DNA of 64,000 bases, taken from Chrysomallon squamiferum. Its lineage: Eukaryota > Animalia > Mollusca. Shown here piece by piece: positions 19,254-31,500 of the stretch. Position 1 is the first letter of the stretch, and every line of letters starts with the position of its first letter. The stretch spans positions 24,862,001 through 24,926,000 of the forward strand of contig CM022671.1 in NCBI GenBank assembly GCA_012295275.1, read 5' to 3'. Position numbers and translations under genes: made by a program. The notes below the pieces were generated by a model, which saw nothing but the letters and a program-made list of their open reading frames with translations, was not told where the DNA came from and searched no databases.

Positions 19254-20312
19254 CAGTCAACTCAAAATAAAATATTTTAGGAATCTGCCAGTAAGAAAGT
19301 AAGAAAGAACGAAAGAACTAAAAACAAGAATAAAACTCTCTCAACTTTATAATTAAAACTATCTATGAAGTTAACGACACATCAACCAAAACTACAATAA
19401 TAATGCATAAAAAGTTGTTGTCATGCTTAAGAGATATCTAGCAGCCGATTACAAACCTGGTTTATTTGCTGTCGTCAGTAGTCTTCGTTCAGTCAACAAC
19501 ATAAATCCACCATCGTAGACAGAAGTTTTCAAAAGTCTGATAACTGGAGGAGTTTTTCACTCATTAACAACTGAAATTTTTGTATACTTTGCAGTATTTA
19601 AGGTAAATTCAGCGGTAGCAGTTAAGGAAGAAATAGTTTGCGAACTCGCAAATGCTTCACACACGAGCGAAAGGAATTATGTCCTGGGAGTGAGACGTGA
19701 AGGAGAAAAACGCGAAAATTACTCAAAATAAAAGGAAATTTAATTGGAAGTTTTTGATACAGACTCGAAAATGAATTATACACAACTAATTTAATAAACA
19801 CTGCTATGAGCCCCTAAATAGTGCAGCTAGTAGCAAGCGATGTCTTGAGCATGACAATAATTAATTAATGTATTTATGCCGTAATAAATATACTAGTATA
19901 TTATTTATAAATATTTGTTTTTCTAATGAGCGTTTGTAGTGATCATTTGAAATATATTTGATAAAACTGTGTCTGATGGCTTCATTAAAAATAAATTGAC
20001 TAAGATGATGTATTGATAATTCATAAAACCTCCACGTGTGAAAATGTATCTTAGAACAGTAAAACAACTCAGAATTAATCAAAAGGTGGGTAACGGTTGC
20101 AGACGTAACTATGTGTGTATAACTTATAGAACAAAGCCGTAGACGTAATAGTGATGTGGCAAACTTTCATGTAGTTCATAAAATCAGCTAACTTATCATT
20201 GCTACTACTTGTATAATTGTAATGAGAATAAATCTTGGGGTTAAAGATTTTGAGTACGTTCAGTTTCATAAACATATAACAATAATAATATTAATAATAA
20301 TAATAATAACCA

Positions 20313-20352
<40 letters not shown>

Positions 20353-21166
20353 GTAAACATAATACATTCGTTAACAATTAACAAATTTTTCTCATAAATT
20401 TGTAGTTTTGGAATTATCTATTTTATTTATTATTAAGAATGAACATTCATTTTATTACGTACCTTTGTAAAATAAACCATACAATCGGAAAATGAAATTG
20501 TTTCATTCATTATTGTTAAGTATTTTTTTAAAACCATTAACATTATTTTATTTCAGATACCAGACCATTTATCCTGCTTCCGGGGAACCGTAATTACCAG
20601 AAAACTGGATTTAGATGTCAGTTAATTAACATAACGTTTTTTTACTTTTCACTGTTTATTTTACATTTTAATTATATATTAAGCTTCGGTTCAGGATACC
20701 AAAAATTCAGAAATCCAGTTTACATTCGGGCCGAATAAATGGTTTGATAACTGCAATTACTTTTTTTCATTAAGACAATATAAATATCTGTAAATGATTA
20801 ATTTTCCTTACAGAGCCACCTATTATTGGTAGAAGTAATATTTTAATCTGAAATATTTATTTATTTGATTATTTAATTATTAATGTAATTTAATTTAATT
20901 TAATTAATTTATTTATTCATTTTAAAATAGTCACAATCTATAATTTATCCTTACTTATTTAAAAGAATTTCCACTCAGAACTTTCGTTTCTAATGAAAGC
21001 AATAAAGAACTACATTTTATTAATATAGCAAGCATTATGTACGTACAAGATTATATATTTTAATAATTATATACCAATAATATTTTTAAAAAAATGCCAT
21101 TTACAAATATGAGTGCTTAGAAAATGTTTGAAATATAAATAATCATAAGGAAAAGCGCGTGAACAA

Positions 21167-21478
21167 GGATATATTTCAAAATAAAGCTTGTGGTATCACT
21201 GGATATATTTCAAAATAAAGATTGTAGTATCACTGGATATATTTCAAAATAAAGCTTGTGGTATCACTGGATATATTTCAAAATAAAGCTTGTAGTATCA
21301 CTGGATATATTTCAAAATAAAGCTTGTGGTATCACTGGATATATTTCAAAATAAAGCTTGTAGTATCACTGGATATATTTCAAAATAAAGTTTGTAGTAT
21401 CACTGGATATATTTCAAAATAAAGCTTGTGGTATCACTGGATATATTTCAAAATAAAGCTTGTGGTATCACTGGATAT
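21167..21478. repeat. 34-bp minisatellite, 9 full units plus a partial unit (GGATATATTTCAAAATAAAGCTTGTRGTATCACT)
   Basis: Units start at 21167, 21201, 21235 ... 21439, head-to-tail with no spacers. Confidence 0.95.
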
Positions 21479-22897
21479 TCGTTTCCATCAAAGATAATAG
21501 ATTTCTCATTTGCATCCAGTAAAAACATTTGAAGCAATGAAATACACACATTCTTATAGAAACACAGGTGCACACGTAAATACATACATACAAACAAACA
21601 CATACATTCATATATACATACATATATAAATACACGCACACATACAACCATACAAACATACATACATACATATATATATATATATATGCAAACATACATA
21701 CACAAACGTTAAAGATTATAAACAAGATCAGCACAACACTGTTCAGGACGTGGTAACTGACGAAACATTTCAACAATAAATTATTCAGTTTGTAATTCGT
21801 AAAAAGCTTTCAAAGAACCTGTGATATCTGGATATATTTTCGGTTAATGTACTCTAATTATATCAGATGTCATTGTAGGTCCACATTAAAAGCTGTGAAA
21901 GGAACGGATGTTAACTGACACAGAAGAAAAATCAACTATTTGTTGGTCAGTTTGTGTTCATCGTCGAAGATTAAGCAGAGACATTTTAAAATATACATCG
22001 AGAGAAATCAGTGCAGGTAGACATTAACTGTGTGAAAAGTACGGACATTAATGGATGTAACAAATAAATCAGCTACGGAGGATGTTCATCAAATTACGTC
22101 CCGTTCCATTTAAACATAACCATAGGAATCAACGTGTAAAGCTGATGAACGTTCTGCTGCATTCGTGTAATAAAGAAATAAACAAAAGTTTATTTTTATT
22201 TTGTTACATTTCACACAAATTCTATCTAAATCTTTGAAAAATGATTTAGTCGACAAAAAAAAAAAATAATAATAAAATACGTGCTGATTACCTCCCTTTC
22301 ATGTTTGTGTCTGATTTGTTTATAGCAAGTGCACAAAAAGTAAGAGTCGCTTTAACCATTATAACAACTTTTACATTTCTTAATGGTATTTATCATCATC
22401 ACTATCATCATCATTATCATCATCATCACTATCATCATCATCACATTCATGAAAAGAAGAAAGGAAAGACACTAATTAAAAAGAAGATTATAAATTACAG
22501 AAAATTGTTATTTTTATTTTATTTTTTAAATTTATTTTCTTTATAGCAATGGATTATAAATAAATATGTTAGTACCTTATCAAATTGTTGAAGTTTAGTC
22601 AAGTTCCTTTGAATATTGTACAGAACTTCCATGACTTAAATAAGTATTTAAAAAAAATATTGAAGAAAAAACATTAATTAAATGATGATCAGTTAGAAAA
22701 CATTGCATTAAAAAGAATGAGAGAATGAAAATAAAAATAAAATAAAGCAAATTAATTTGTCTTGCTTTTTTTCCCAAACACATTATTTTATTGATGAAAG
22801 AAATAATTATACTCATGTAAAAAAATTAAATTTATTTTTTCTCTGATAACAACAAGCAGGAAATAATGTTGTAAACTCGGTCTGGTCGAAGCATACA

Positions 22898-22931
<34 letters not shown>

Positions 22932-23529
22932 CATACATACATACATAAAACATAATAATATATATATATATATATATATATATTTCATAATCATTTTATA
23001 TATACATATAATGTATATGTAAAAAAATACATATATACATAAGTAAAATCATACATACATAAATACATACATACATACTAAGAACATATGTATGTATATA
23101 TCTGATTATCTGAGATATGTTGATCGTTTTAATATATAGACACGCATACTTTCATATATACATACATGCAGACATAAATAAATACGTACATACATACGTA
23201 CATAAATACATACATACATAAAACAGATATATGTACATATATACATAGACATACATACACACATACATACTCATATACACACATAAATATAGTGTACATA
23301 CATAAATTCATAAGATTATACATACTTAAAAACACATACTCTCATACACACATACGTACTTGCACAGATACATACAGATATACATTTAAATCCTAAAATA
23401 TATACTAGTCAGTGCCAGGTTTCCCACAAAACAAAAAAGATTCACGCAAAAATGTTTAAAGACAAAGAACTGCGTGCTTCGTGGGAAGCGATGATTTCCC
23501 TCGGTTACTGAGCAACCTTTGTTAAGTTT

Positions 23530-23745
23530 GTCTAGATAGCCGAACGGTAACATCGTCCACCTTCAGAGTGGTGGACAAATGGGTGACATACGTTCGAATC
23601 TCATCAGCGGCATCTGTCGGGGTTTATGAGGTGGTGATTGGATTTTGCCCTCCTGCACCAGTGCATTCCCGAATATATGATTATGTGCAGAGAAAAATCA
23701 GGCGTACCTAAGACAGAAAATATTCAAATCCTTAAATACGTACAA
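23530..23745 (+). mobile_element. tRNA-derived SINE copy
   Basis: Pol III A box TAGCCGAACGG (23537-23547) and B box GTTCGAATC (23592-23600); body homologous to the minus-strand copy at ~44340-44545. Confidence 0.7.
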
Positions 23746-24910
23746 AAATACATTCGTGTCTATAATAAATACATATATTAAGCTTACAAATAGGATCAAT
23801 ACACCACTATCAAGAACATCTGAAAGCTTTTGCAATGCCTTTGATAACGAGACATAATTTAAAGTTATGTATTCTAATTTACTGTAACCGTCGCAGGTTC
23901 CACTGGAAGTAGATATTAAAGGGGCGAAAGGAACTGTGTTCACATAAAAAATAAATCAGCTACGTAGGATGTTCATTCGTATTCAGTATTCAAAATTACG
24001 TCCGAATATATTTACACATAACCGTACAAATCAGTGTATGAAGCTGTATTCATCTGATGAATAAACAGGAACGTTTCATTTTACTGCGTAGTATTTCACA
24101 CGAATTCTGCAGTCACTGAAGAAGGAAAGGGTTGAGAAGAAAAGTACTGGTTATCTCTCTTTGATTTCATTGTTTGACCTTTTTCCAGTAAGTACCCAAA
24201 AAGCCATTACACAGTTTTTACCTCATTTATTTATTTGTTTATTTATTGTTATTATTATTATTATCATCCTCATCATGAGTCATACATTCATGACAAAATA
24301 TATAATCTATCTCCACCTCTTCATTATCTAATATATCATTTAACGATCAATTTTGTTATGTTTCTGTGAGCAGCAAATAATAATAGTCAACAACTGCATT
24401 TACGATATTTTTATTATCTACGAAAAGAAAATTGCAGTAACAGAACTGTCAATCAAATAACTTTTAGAAATCATAGTCACAGTATCCAATGAAATGCTTC
24501 CAATTTTCACTGCCTAATCGGGGTGGAATCTAAGATTAATATAAAAGATACTGCAACGTTAAGTAAAATGAACCTTTCTTGTTGCTTGTTTGGATGCAGA
24601 GTTTAATGACTGTAATGATAAAATGATATTAGTTGAAGATAAATTCGTTATCATTAATTTGTGGAATGGAACTAACATATAAAGTTGTTAGAGAACAGAA
24701 TTAACTTTACGGATGTGAGGAAATAATACTGTTAATAACAAAGAAAAAAAATATTTGTAATTAAAAACAATCTGCAGAAATTGTAATAAAAAAAAAAAAA
24801 TTTTTCATTTCTGAGCTTAAAAATGAAAAAGAAATACCATAGTATATGTGCTTAATATTTCAACACTGAAAAAAAAAAAAAAAAAAAAAAAAAAAGTTAT
24901 AAAAGAAGCC

Positions 24911-25948
24911 ATGAATGAAAGTACTGTGAACTCAACAAAGCCGACGTTTGGACAACCTTTATCGGCAACTGTTATTGGTTGTTTCATAACTGCATGGGGA
25001 TTTTCTAATAACGTCTTGATGTTTTTGATTCTCAAAAAGTCTGGTATGTTTCGTGAAGTAGTAGGACACTTCTTGGCCAGTGAAGTGCTGGCGGACATGT
25101 CACTGGCTGTAGTTACTGAAGCGCTTCTTGTAATTGGCTTCGGTAACAAAAATATAGTTATCGTGGTATCGATAGGAACTGGACTGTCAGCGGTTAAATG
25201 TTTATCTCTAGCAGGACTAAGTATCGTGTTGAGCATTGCCATTTGCAATCCCATCCAGTACAGGATTCGGATTTCAACGAGAAAAGTCAAAACATGTTTG
25301 GTTTTAACCTGGATGTGGGTTCCTGTTGTTATCACTTATATTCAAACAGAAGGAACGTTCTACAAACTGAATGACTATTCAAACAGAGTTGATCCCAATT
25401 ATACATGTGAGAACTGGTGGGTTGGAGCTCTTAATATGTCAGGCATTGTCGGTGTTCCTCTGATTATCATCAGTATATGTGCAGTTAAAATAGCTCGACG
25501 TCAGAAGGCTGCAGTTTTAACCAACTGTTACTACAAAAGCGCAACGGAAAGTAAAATTCGATTAGCCAAATTAAACACTGTCATTTTTATTTTTCATGTC
25601 TTGGCACAACTACCTTTCCATATAGTTTATTCTCTGCATTTCGTGGATCCTAAAATAATGAATTTAACAATGTTGCTGTACTTCATGTATCCTTCGATGA
25701 AACTCTTCATCTATTTAGTTATGATGCAAAACTTCAGACGAACGGCAGCGAAGATTTTTAGATGTGCTCATTGTAATAAACAGAAAAGACAGAAGTGTCA
25801 AAACTCTGATACGATAAATAAGGTGTATCATATTACAAAGGAAAAGCAGATACAGCGTACTGACAAAAGCCAGATTAAAGGTTTTGAATTAAAGACAGAA
25901 GAATCAAGTACCGCAACTGATGAGTACGTCGTTGGCAGTGGCACGTAA
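24911..25948 (+). CDS. Intronless rhodopsin-like 7TM receptor, copy A3 (intact, 345 aa)
   Basis: Seven hydrophobic segments; GxxNN (TM1), VLAD (TM2), AICNPIQY (ICL2), W4.50, P5.50, QLPF (TM6), IY...FRR (TM7/helix 8); N-terminal NES/NST sequons; GCCATG start context. Confidence 0.9.
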   Translation: MNESTVNSTKPTFGQPLSATVIGCFITAWGFSNNVLMFLILKKSGMFREVVGHFLASEVLADMSLAVVTEALLVIGFGNKNIVIVVSIGTGLSAVKCLSLAGLSIVLSIAICNPIQYRIRISTRKVKTCLVLTWMWVPVVITYIQTEGTFYKLNDYSNRVDPNYTCENWWVGALNMSGIVGVPLIIISICAVKIARRQKAAVLTNCYYKSATESKIRLAKLNTVIFIFHVLAQLPFHIVYSLHFVDPKIMNLTMLLYFMYPSMKLFIYLVMMQNFRRTAAKIFRCAHCNKQKRQKCQNSDTINKVYHITKEKQIQRTDKSQIKGFELKTEESSTATDEYVVGSGT

Positions 25949-27564
25949 CAGTCAACTGAAAGTAAAATTTGTTCTTATTTTTAAGAGATATCTAGCAGCC
26001 GATCAAAAACCCGGTTTATGTGTTCTCGTCAGTAGTTTTCGTTTAGTATACAACATAAATCCACCATTCTAGACAGAATTAGGATAATTGGAGAACTTTT
26101 TCACTCATTAACAAGTGACATATTATTTCTTTTTGTGTGCTTTTCTTTATTTAAGGTAAATTCAGCGGTAGCAGTTAAGGAAGAAATAGTTTGTGAACGT
26201 ATAAAAATGTCTGATCTGGGATTTTACTGGTATTATTTAAGAAATGAAGATGGAAAGCAGTAATTGATGAACTGCTCTTTCTTTGACTTGTAACAATTGA
26301 TTATTCATAAGCATCTTTACTCAGGCAGGAAAATACTTACCACAGCCTTTATAATCCAGCATTAATGAATAACTAAAAGACATTTTTATTTTTTACTATT
26401 TATTTCTATTTTTTTATTTTTTATTTTTTATAATTCTTATTTCATACTATTTTTTTTTTTCTTGCTGACAGCATTAATATATTTCAAAATGTTCTTATAA
26501 CTATGGGAATAAAAGCTAGATGAGTTAATTAATTAATTAACTTATTATGCATTTATTTTGTAATAAATATACTACTATATTATTTACTTGGCTAGTAATA
26601 AATTATTTGTATATTATTCTTAGAATATTTTACTGAAATTTGTTTTCTAATTAGAGTTTGTAGTGATCATTTGAAATAGATTTTATAAAACTCTATCTGA
26701 TGGCTTATTCATCAAATGTAAATTGACTAAGATGATGTGCTGATAATTTTAAAATCTACAAGTGTGAAAATATATCTTAGAACAGTAAAACGACTCAGAA
26801 TTAATCAAAAGGTGGGTAACAGTTGTAGGCATAATTATATGTGTATAATTTATTTCACAAAGCCGTACACTTTACCACCTAACTTATCATTGCTACTTGT
26901 ATAATTGTGACGAAAATGAATACTTGGGTTAACGATTGTGAATATTTTCAGTTTCATAAACATATTGCATTTAAATATTATAATAATAACAATAAGTTAT
27001 AATCACTTAGTTTGTATAAAATCAGTTTCTTGTGAAGTTGCAAAAAGAAGATTTGTATTTATCAAGTAGTGAATAAAAATTTCATTAGTATTTTTCAATA
27101 TTTCTTTAATTTATTATGAGAAGTGTCATTTCTTAAAAAAAAACTGACAGCAAATACTTCATCTTCTTCTTTTTTTTTTTTTTTTAATTGAATTATTTGT
27201 TTACTTATACGTATTATAAACAGAATGATTTAACTGAATAAAGTTTTGTTTTTTCTTCTTCTTTTGTTTATTACAACTGGAAACATTAAACGGAATAACT
27301 TGTTTTGTCTGACTGTTTTGCATATCACAGTGGCAAGCATTTTGTTTGGTGCTAATAAATGCACACGAAGTCAAAAGCTTTTCGGATAAACTGTCTGATA
27401 CCAGCGCAGAATAAAGAAAAAAACCCATTCAAAAACAAATCTTCTTTTCTTGTTGTTACTGACTGTCTCCGAATGTTTTCCACTTTCAAAATTTTCAAAA
27501 ATGTGCGGATATTATTGTCAAACCATTTATATATTTTGTCAGACGAAAACGAAAACAAAATATC

Positions 27565-28900
27565 GGTGTCAGGACAATTGCCCCCCGCAAAAAACACCCC
27601 GGACAATTGCCCTCCAGAACAATACCCCCCCTGGACAACTGCCTTTCATTTTTCTTCCAATATACTGTTAAGAATGATTTTCAAGCAACGTTCCAATAAA
27701 TTAGTCAAAGTGTTACATTAAACTTGATTAAAGCAATATGGATTACTAATTCTAATAAATTAGTAAAAGCTAACTAGAGTCAGCTTAAATTAAACTTGAG
27801 TAAAGGCATTTGGATTATTTTGATCTGCTAAAACATCTTATAAAACATCACTTAACATCAAAGCTAACTAGAGTCAGCTAATTACTAATTCAGGCTGATT
27901 AAAGGCTAAAGATTCCTTTGATTAGTCAAGTGACGTATAACCGAAATGAATGAAAAAGTATATAAGATCACTGTAGCAAAAACGCGCGACGGACACGCCC
28001 GCTGACCTGTCAGAAAGCGTGCCCGTCGTAGACGTGCTTCACAACAGCTTGCTCTGATTAACACGTTAATTTTTTTTCAAGTTCAAGTTCAAGCAAAAAA
28101 CATTATATTCTATAAGATGGAGTACATTGATTCAGAGTGTGGTCATCTAAAACTACGTGTATATCCGACAGAAGGAACTCAGTGGTGGAGTGATTTCTTA
28201 CCAGTGTGAAAGAACAAGGCACCCCAGTTGTAAAGCTAAAGTCAAAATTCTTGGTGAAGAAATTGTTGGTAGAATCAACGAGCTCAATCATGCAGCAGAT
28301 GAAGTTCGTAAAGAGGTTATCATGATCAGATGAACTATGAAAAATACGAATTGAGACAACAGAAGAAGCAAGACGGAAGCGACCTACAACCAGCGCCTGA
28401 ACAAGCTAGTGGAAGTGAAGGACACATTTCGAAATTGCATCGAAATATACATTTGAACGTGTTTTTCCCAAATGCATTGTGACTTTCATTTGAGCCAATG
28501 CATTTCTGGAACTTTATAGACATTTTAACGCGTGAATAAGCACTGAATGAACTGGAAATAAATCAGATGGCGGGGAAGCACCTCGACCACTTCGTCGAAA
28601 GAGCCAAGAAGCTTGACCTCGATTGTTGAGACTGGTTGAAAACCGACACGTCCTGGACTATTTGAGAGGAATAGCGCACAACATGAAAGTGTGAAAACTG
28701 AAAAATGTCAGTAAACTCTTCTTGTAAGAAGTGCCTTAGTATACCTGGTTATAGTTGAACCTGTACTTGTGAATGATCTGTGGTTATACAAATCTTTACT
28801 AGAGAACTATCGACAGACTGCTCTGAATTTCATTTTATATGTGGTCTGTTACTTTTTGAAGTATTAAAAGACTTGTCCAGGGGGCAGTTGTACTCGAATT
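27565..28900 (+). mobile_element. Internally deleted MULE DNA transposon with terminal repeats and TSD
   Basis: Left end GGTGTCAGGACAATTGCCCC with reiterated GGACAA(T/C)TGCC; inverted right end TTGTCCAGGGGGCAGTTGT; flanking AAAATATC at 27557-27564 and 28901-28908; internal FLYWCH-like YVYIRQKELSGGVISYQCERTRHPSCKAKVK...LNH and C-terminal HFWNFID / LDYLRGIAHNMKV* remnants. Confidence 0.8.
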
Positions 28901-29357
28901 AAAATATCTTATAACTTCAGGGATGTAATATATTTTCCTTTTTAAGTAAATCAACCTTTAGTTTGTCATCCAGTTAAAGGTTTTGTATTTTTAGTTAGTG
29001 CAAAACCATTGTCCAAAAAAAAATATCTCGGTGTACATGTGTAAGTGAATATGTAGCTGTTTGTGTGTGTGTGCGTGCGTGCGTGCGTGCGTATGTATAT
29101 TATTAATTATGGAAAAATCGTTCAGAGCTCCCATTGCAGTTGCTGATAGACATGTTTACATCTCGATGTCTGGAAGTCAGATGAAAATATTTATTGTTGT
29201 TAAGTTATTTAATCGAAACAAATAACATCCCAGAATGACAGAAATATCCAGTGTATAAATAAATAAATATTGTTGCTGGTTTTTTTTTTTTTTGTGTGTT
29301 ATGTTTTTTTGTGGTAAAATTCATATGATCGGAGGATTTTGAATGAGAATGGAAAAA

Positions 29358-29397
<40 letters not shown>

Positions 29398-30347
29398 AAT
29401 AATAATATTTTACTTAATGATCAGAGACAAAATCTATAAAGACTGGGTTACTAAACACGACAAAACCTCAATACATTATTATAGACATTTTTATACGAAA
29501 ACGTAAATTCATTGATATATTTTGGTGTGTCGGAGAATAACATAAACTATGAACTTGTTCTCGTCCACAAAATAGCACAACAGATAAGGCGCGTAATATC
29601 AGGTAGAGCTTGATTGTATTGATTATTTCACAAATACTGTAATTTGTACTAATACTATCATTACATTATCTTTCTTTTCTTTGTTGTTTTGTTTGTTATG
29701 AAGAAGTTTAACCTTGACTCTTTTTTAATTTTTTAATTTTTTAAATTAAACATCAGATGATACTGGGTTTTTGTTTTAGTATTTTATTGTTTGTTATTTT
29801 TTGTTTGTTTTTTGTTTGTTTGTTTGTTTATTTACGAATCACGGCATTATTAATGATCACCGTCCTTATTTCAAGCCAGACTATTTAAATTATTTTAAAA
29901 TTTTTTAAAAATTTAAAATTAAAAACTGCAAAGATATTTTTAAAATAATATGTACCAGAGACTTACTGGCGTGCATTAAATGAGAAACTGATGAATTATA
30001 ACGCACATACTCATATACACACAGACATACGCATCCACATTCAACACATGTTTTAATTTTTTTTTAAATTTGATTAAGCAGTTTGAGAAACAACACGGTT
30101 ATCTGGAACGAATGTATTAGTTCTCAAAAGAAAAAAACAACAAACAAACGTAACAAAAACATCTTTTACCTTTTAGTAAAAAGTTTTAATGCAATTATTT
30201 ATGTCAAGAACATAGTAAAATATTTTCAATAATTAATGATCAAAGGCTGTTTCAGTTTTGAAACTGATAATCGAAATTAAAAATAAGGAAGGAAAGATAA
30301 AATATATTTTGGGGGTTTAAATTTAATTAATTCATTAATTATTATTA

Positions 30348-30384
<37 letters not shown>

Positions 30385-30983
30385 TTAGAATATCCACGCA
30401 TTATATAACAATTTGAAAACGTACACAGTAATAGTAATTGCAACAAACTATCAAATCATGGGTTACATGTATAATTAATAAAAGTTTTAATTTCTTTATG
30501 TGATTATGTAATTTAAAAAAAAAAAATAAGAAAAAGAAAGAAGAGGAAAAAAATAATAAGTATTCTTTTTATTGTCTTTCTATGTCATAATTTCACTTGT
30601 TATGAAGCCGATAAATCGTAAAATAATTTTACGCTGGTTCATTAAAGTGTAGTTTAGTGGGTTTATTCAGTAGTTAAAGTGTTTATTTATTTATTAATTA
30701 ATTTATGTTTTTCTATATATATTTATTTTAGTTTTTTTTTTTTTTTTTACTTTGTATTTTTTTAATGGTAAAGCCAAATTAGAAACATAATCGAAAATTA
30801 CGGAACCCATTACGAATACTTTACGGGAAACAGAGATAATTTATTTTACTGGTATAATGTAAAATATAGAAGCTGGCTTCTCAGTGAATAAAGCCTGAAT
30901 GAATCGATGAATGAACGTATGTAGTATGCATGTACGTACGTAGGTATGTAATATGTACGTACGTAGGTATCTATGTGTGTATA

Positions 30984-31500
30984 CAGGGCCGACGCTACTT
31001 TTAGGCAAATAGGCAGCCATGTAGGGCGCTGATTTCAGGTATCGCATTTCTCCAAATCAACAACAGTTTTGAAAAATCAATAAAAAATGTTTCAGTTTTA
31101 TTGGAGGGTCGTTTTCTCTGCTCGTTTATTTCACACGGGGACAAATAATCGGGTAGATTCAGTCTGAACGAAGCATTAGGTTGACCGGAACAAGCAAAAC
31201 GAGTGAGTGGAAATCGCGCGTACATGAAACTTTCAGGACGTAATTATGTTTGCGTGTTTCTATAGGCCACGCGGAAACCAAACTGAAGGCGGTAACTATT
31301 TATTTTAATGGTATAAACACGGAAAGAAATGACCTGTGTGGGGTATTTAATTGTCCGTGACAGAAATTTTTTGTAAATTATTATCTATTACTGTTTGGAC
31401 TGTCAGAGTGAAAAATCAAACGTTTACTTTTTGTCGTAGTATAAAAACTCGTGGTAATAGACACTGGCATATCTAAAGTAGTGCGCTCGCCACTGCTGTC
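30984..31500. mobile_element. Possible hAT-type DNA transposon end/remnant
   Basis: GC-richer block starting CAGGGCCGAC; possible inverted partner CCGGCCCTG at 32890-32898, but no matching 8-bp TSD. Confidence 0.25.

Noticed and set aside
21167-21478. CRISPR-like array (34-bp repeats)
   Set aside because: Repeats are contiguous with no unique spacers, there are no cas genes, and the context is eukaryotic
23530-23610. tRNA gene
   Set aside because: A and B boxes are present but no convincing cloverleaf; it continues into a body shared with another dispersed copy, so it is a SINE
24848-24910. Poly-Lys N-terminal extension of A3 in the ORF track
   Set aside because: Non-ATG start through a poly-A tract; paralogues start at the ATG equivalent to 24911
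24911-25948. Opsin identity suggested by a TM7 lysine
   Set aside because: The Lys is at 7.49, not the retinal-binding 7.43, and is Asn in C1
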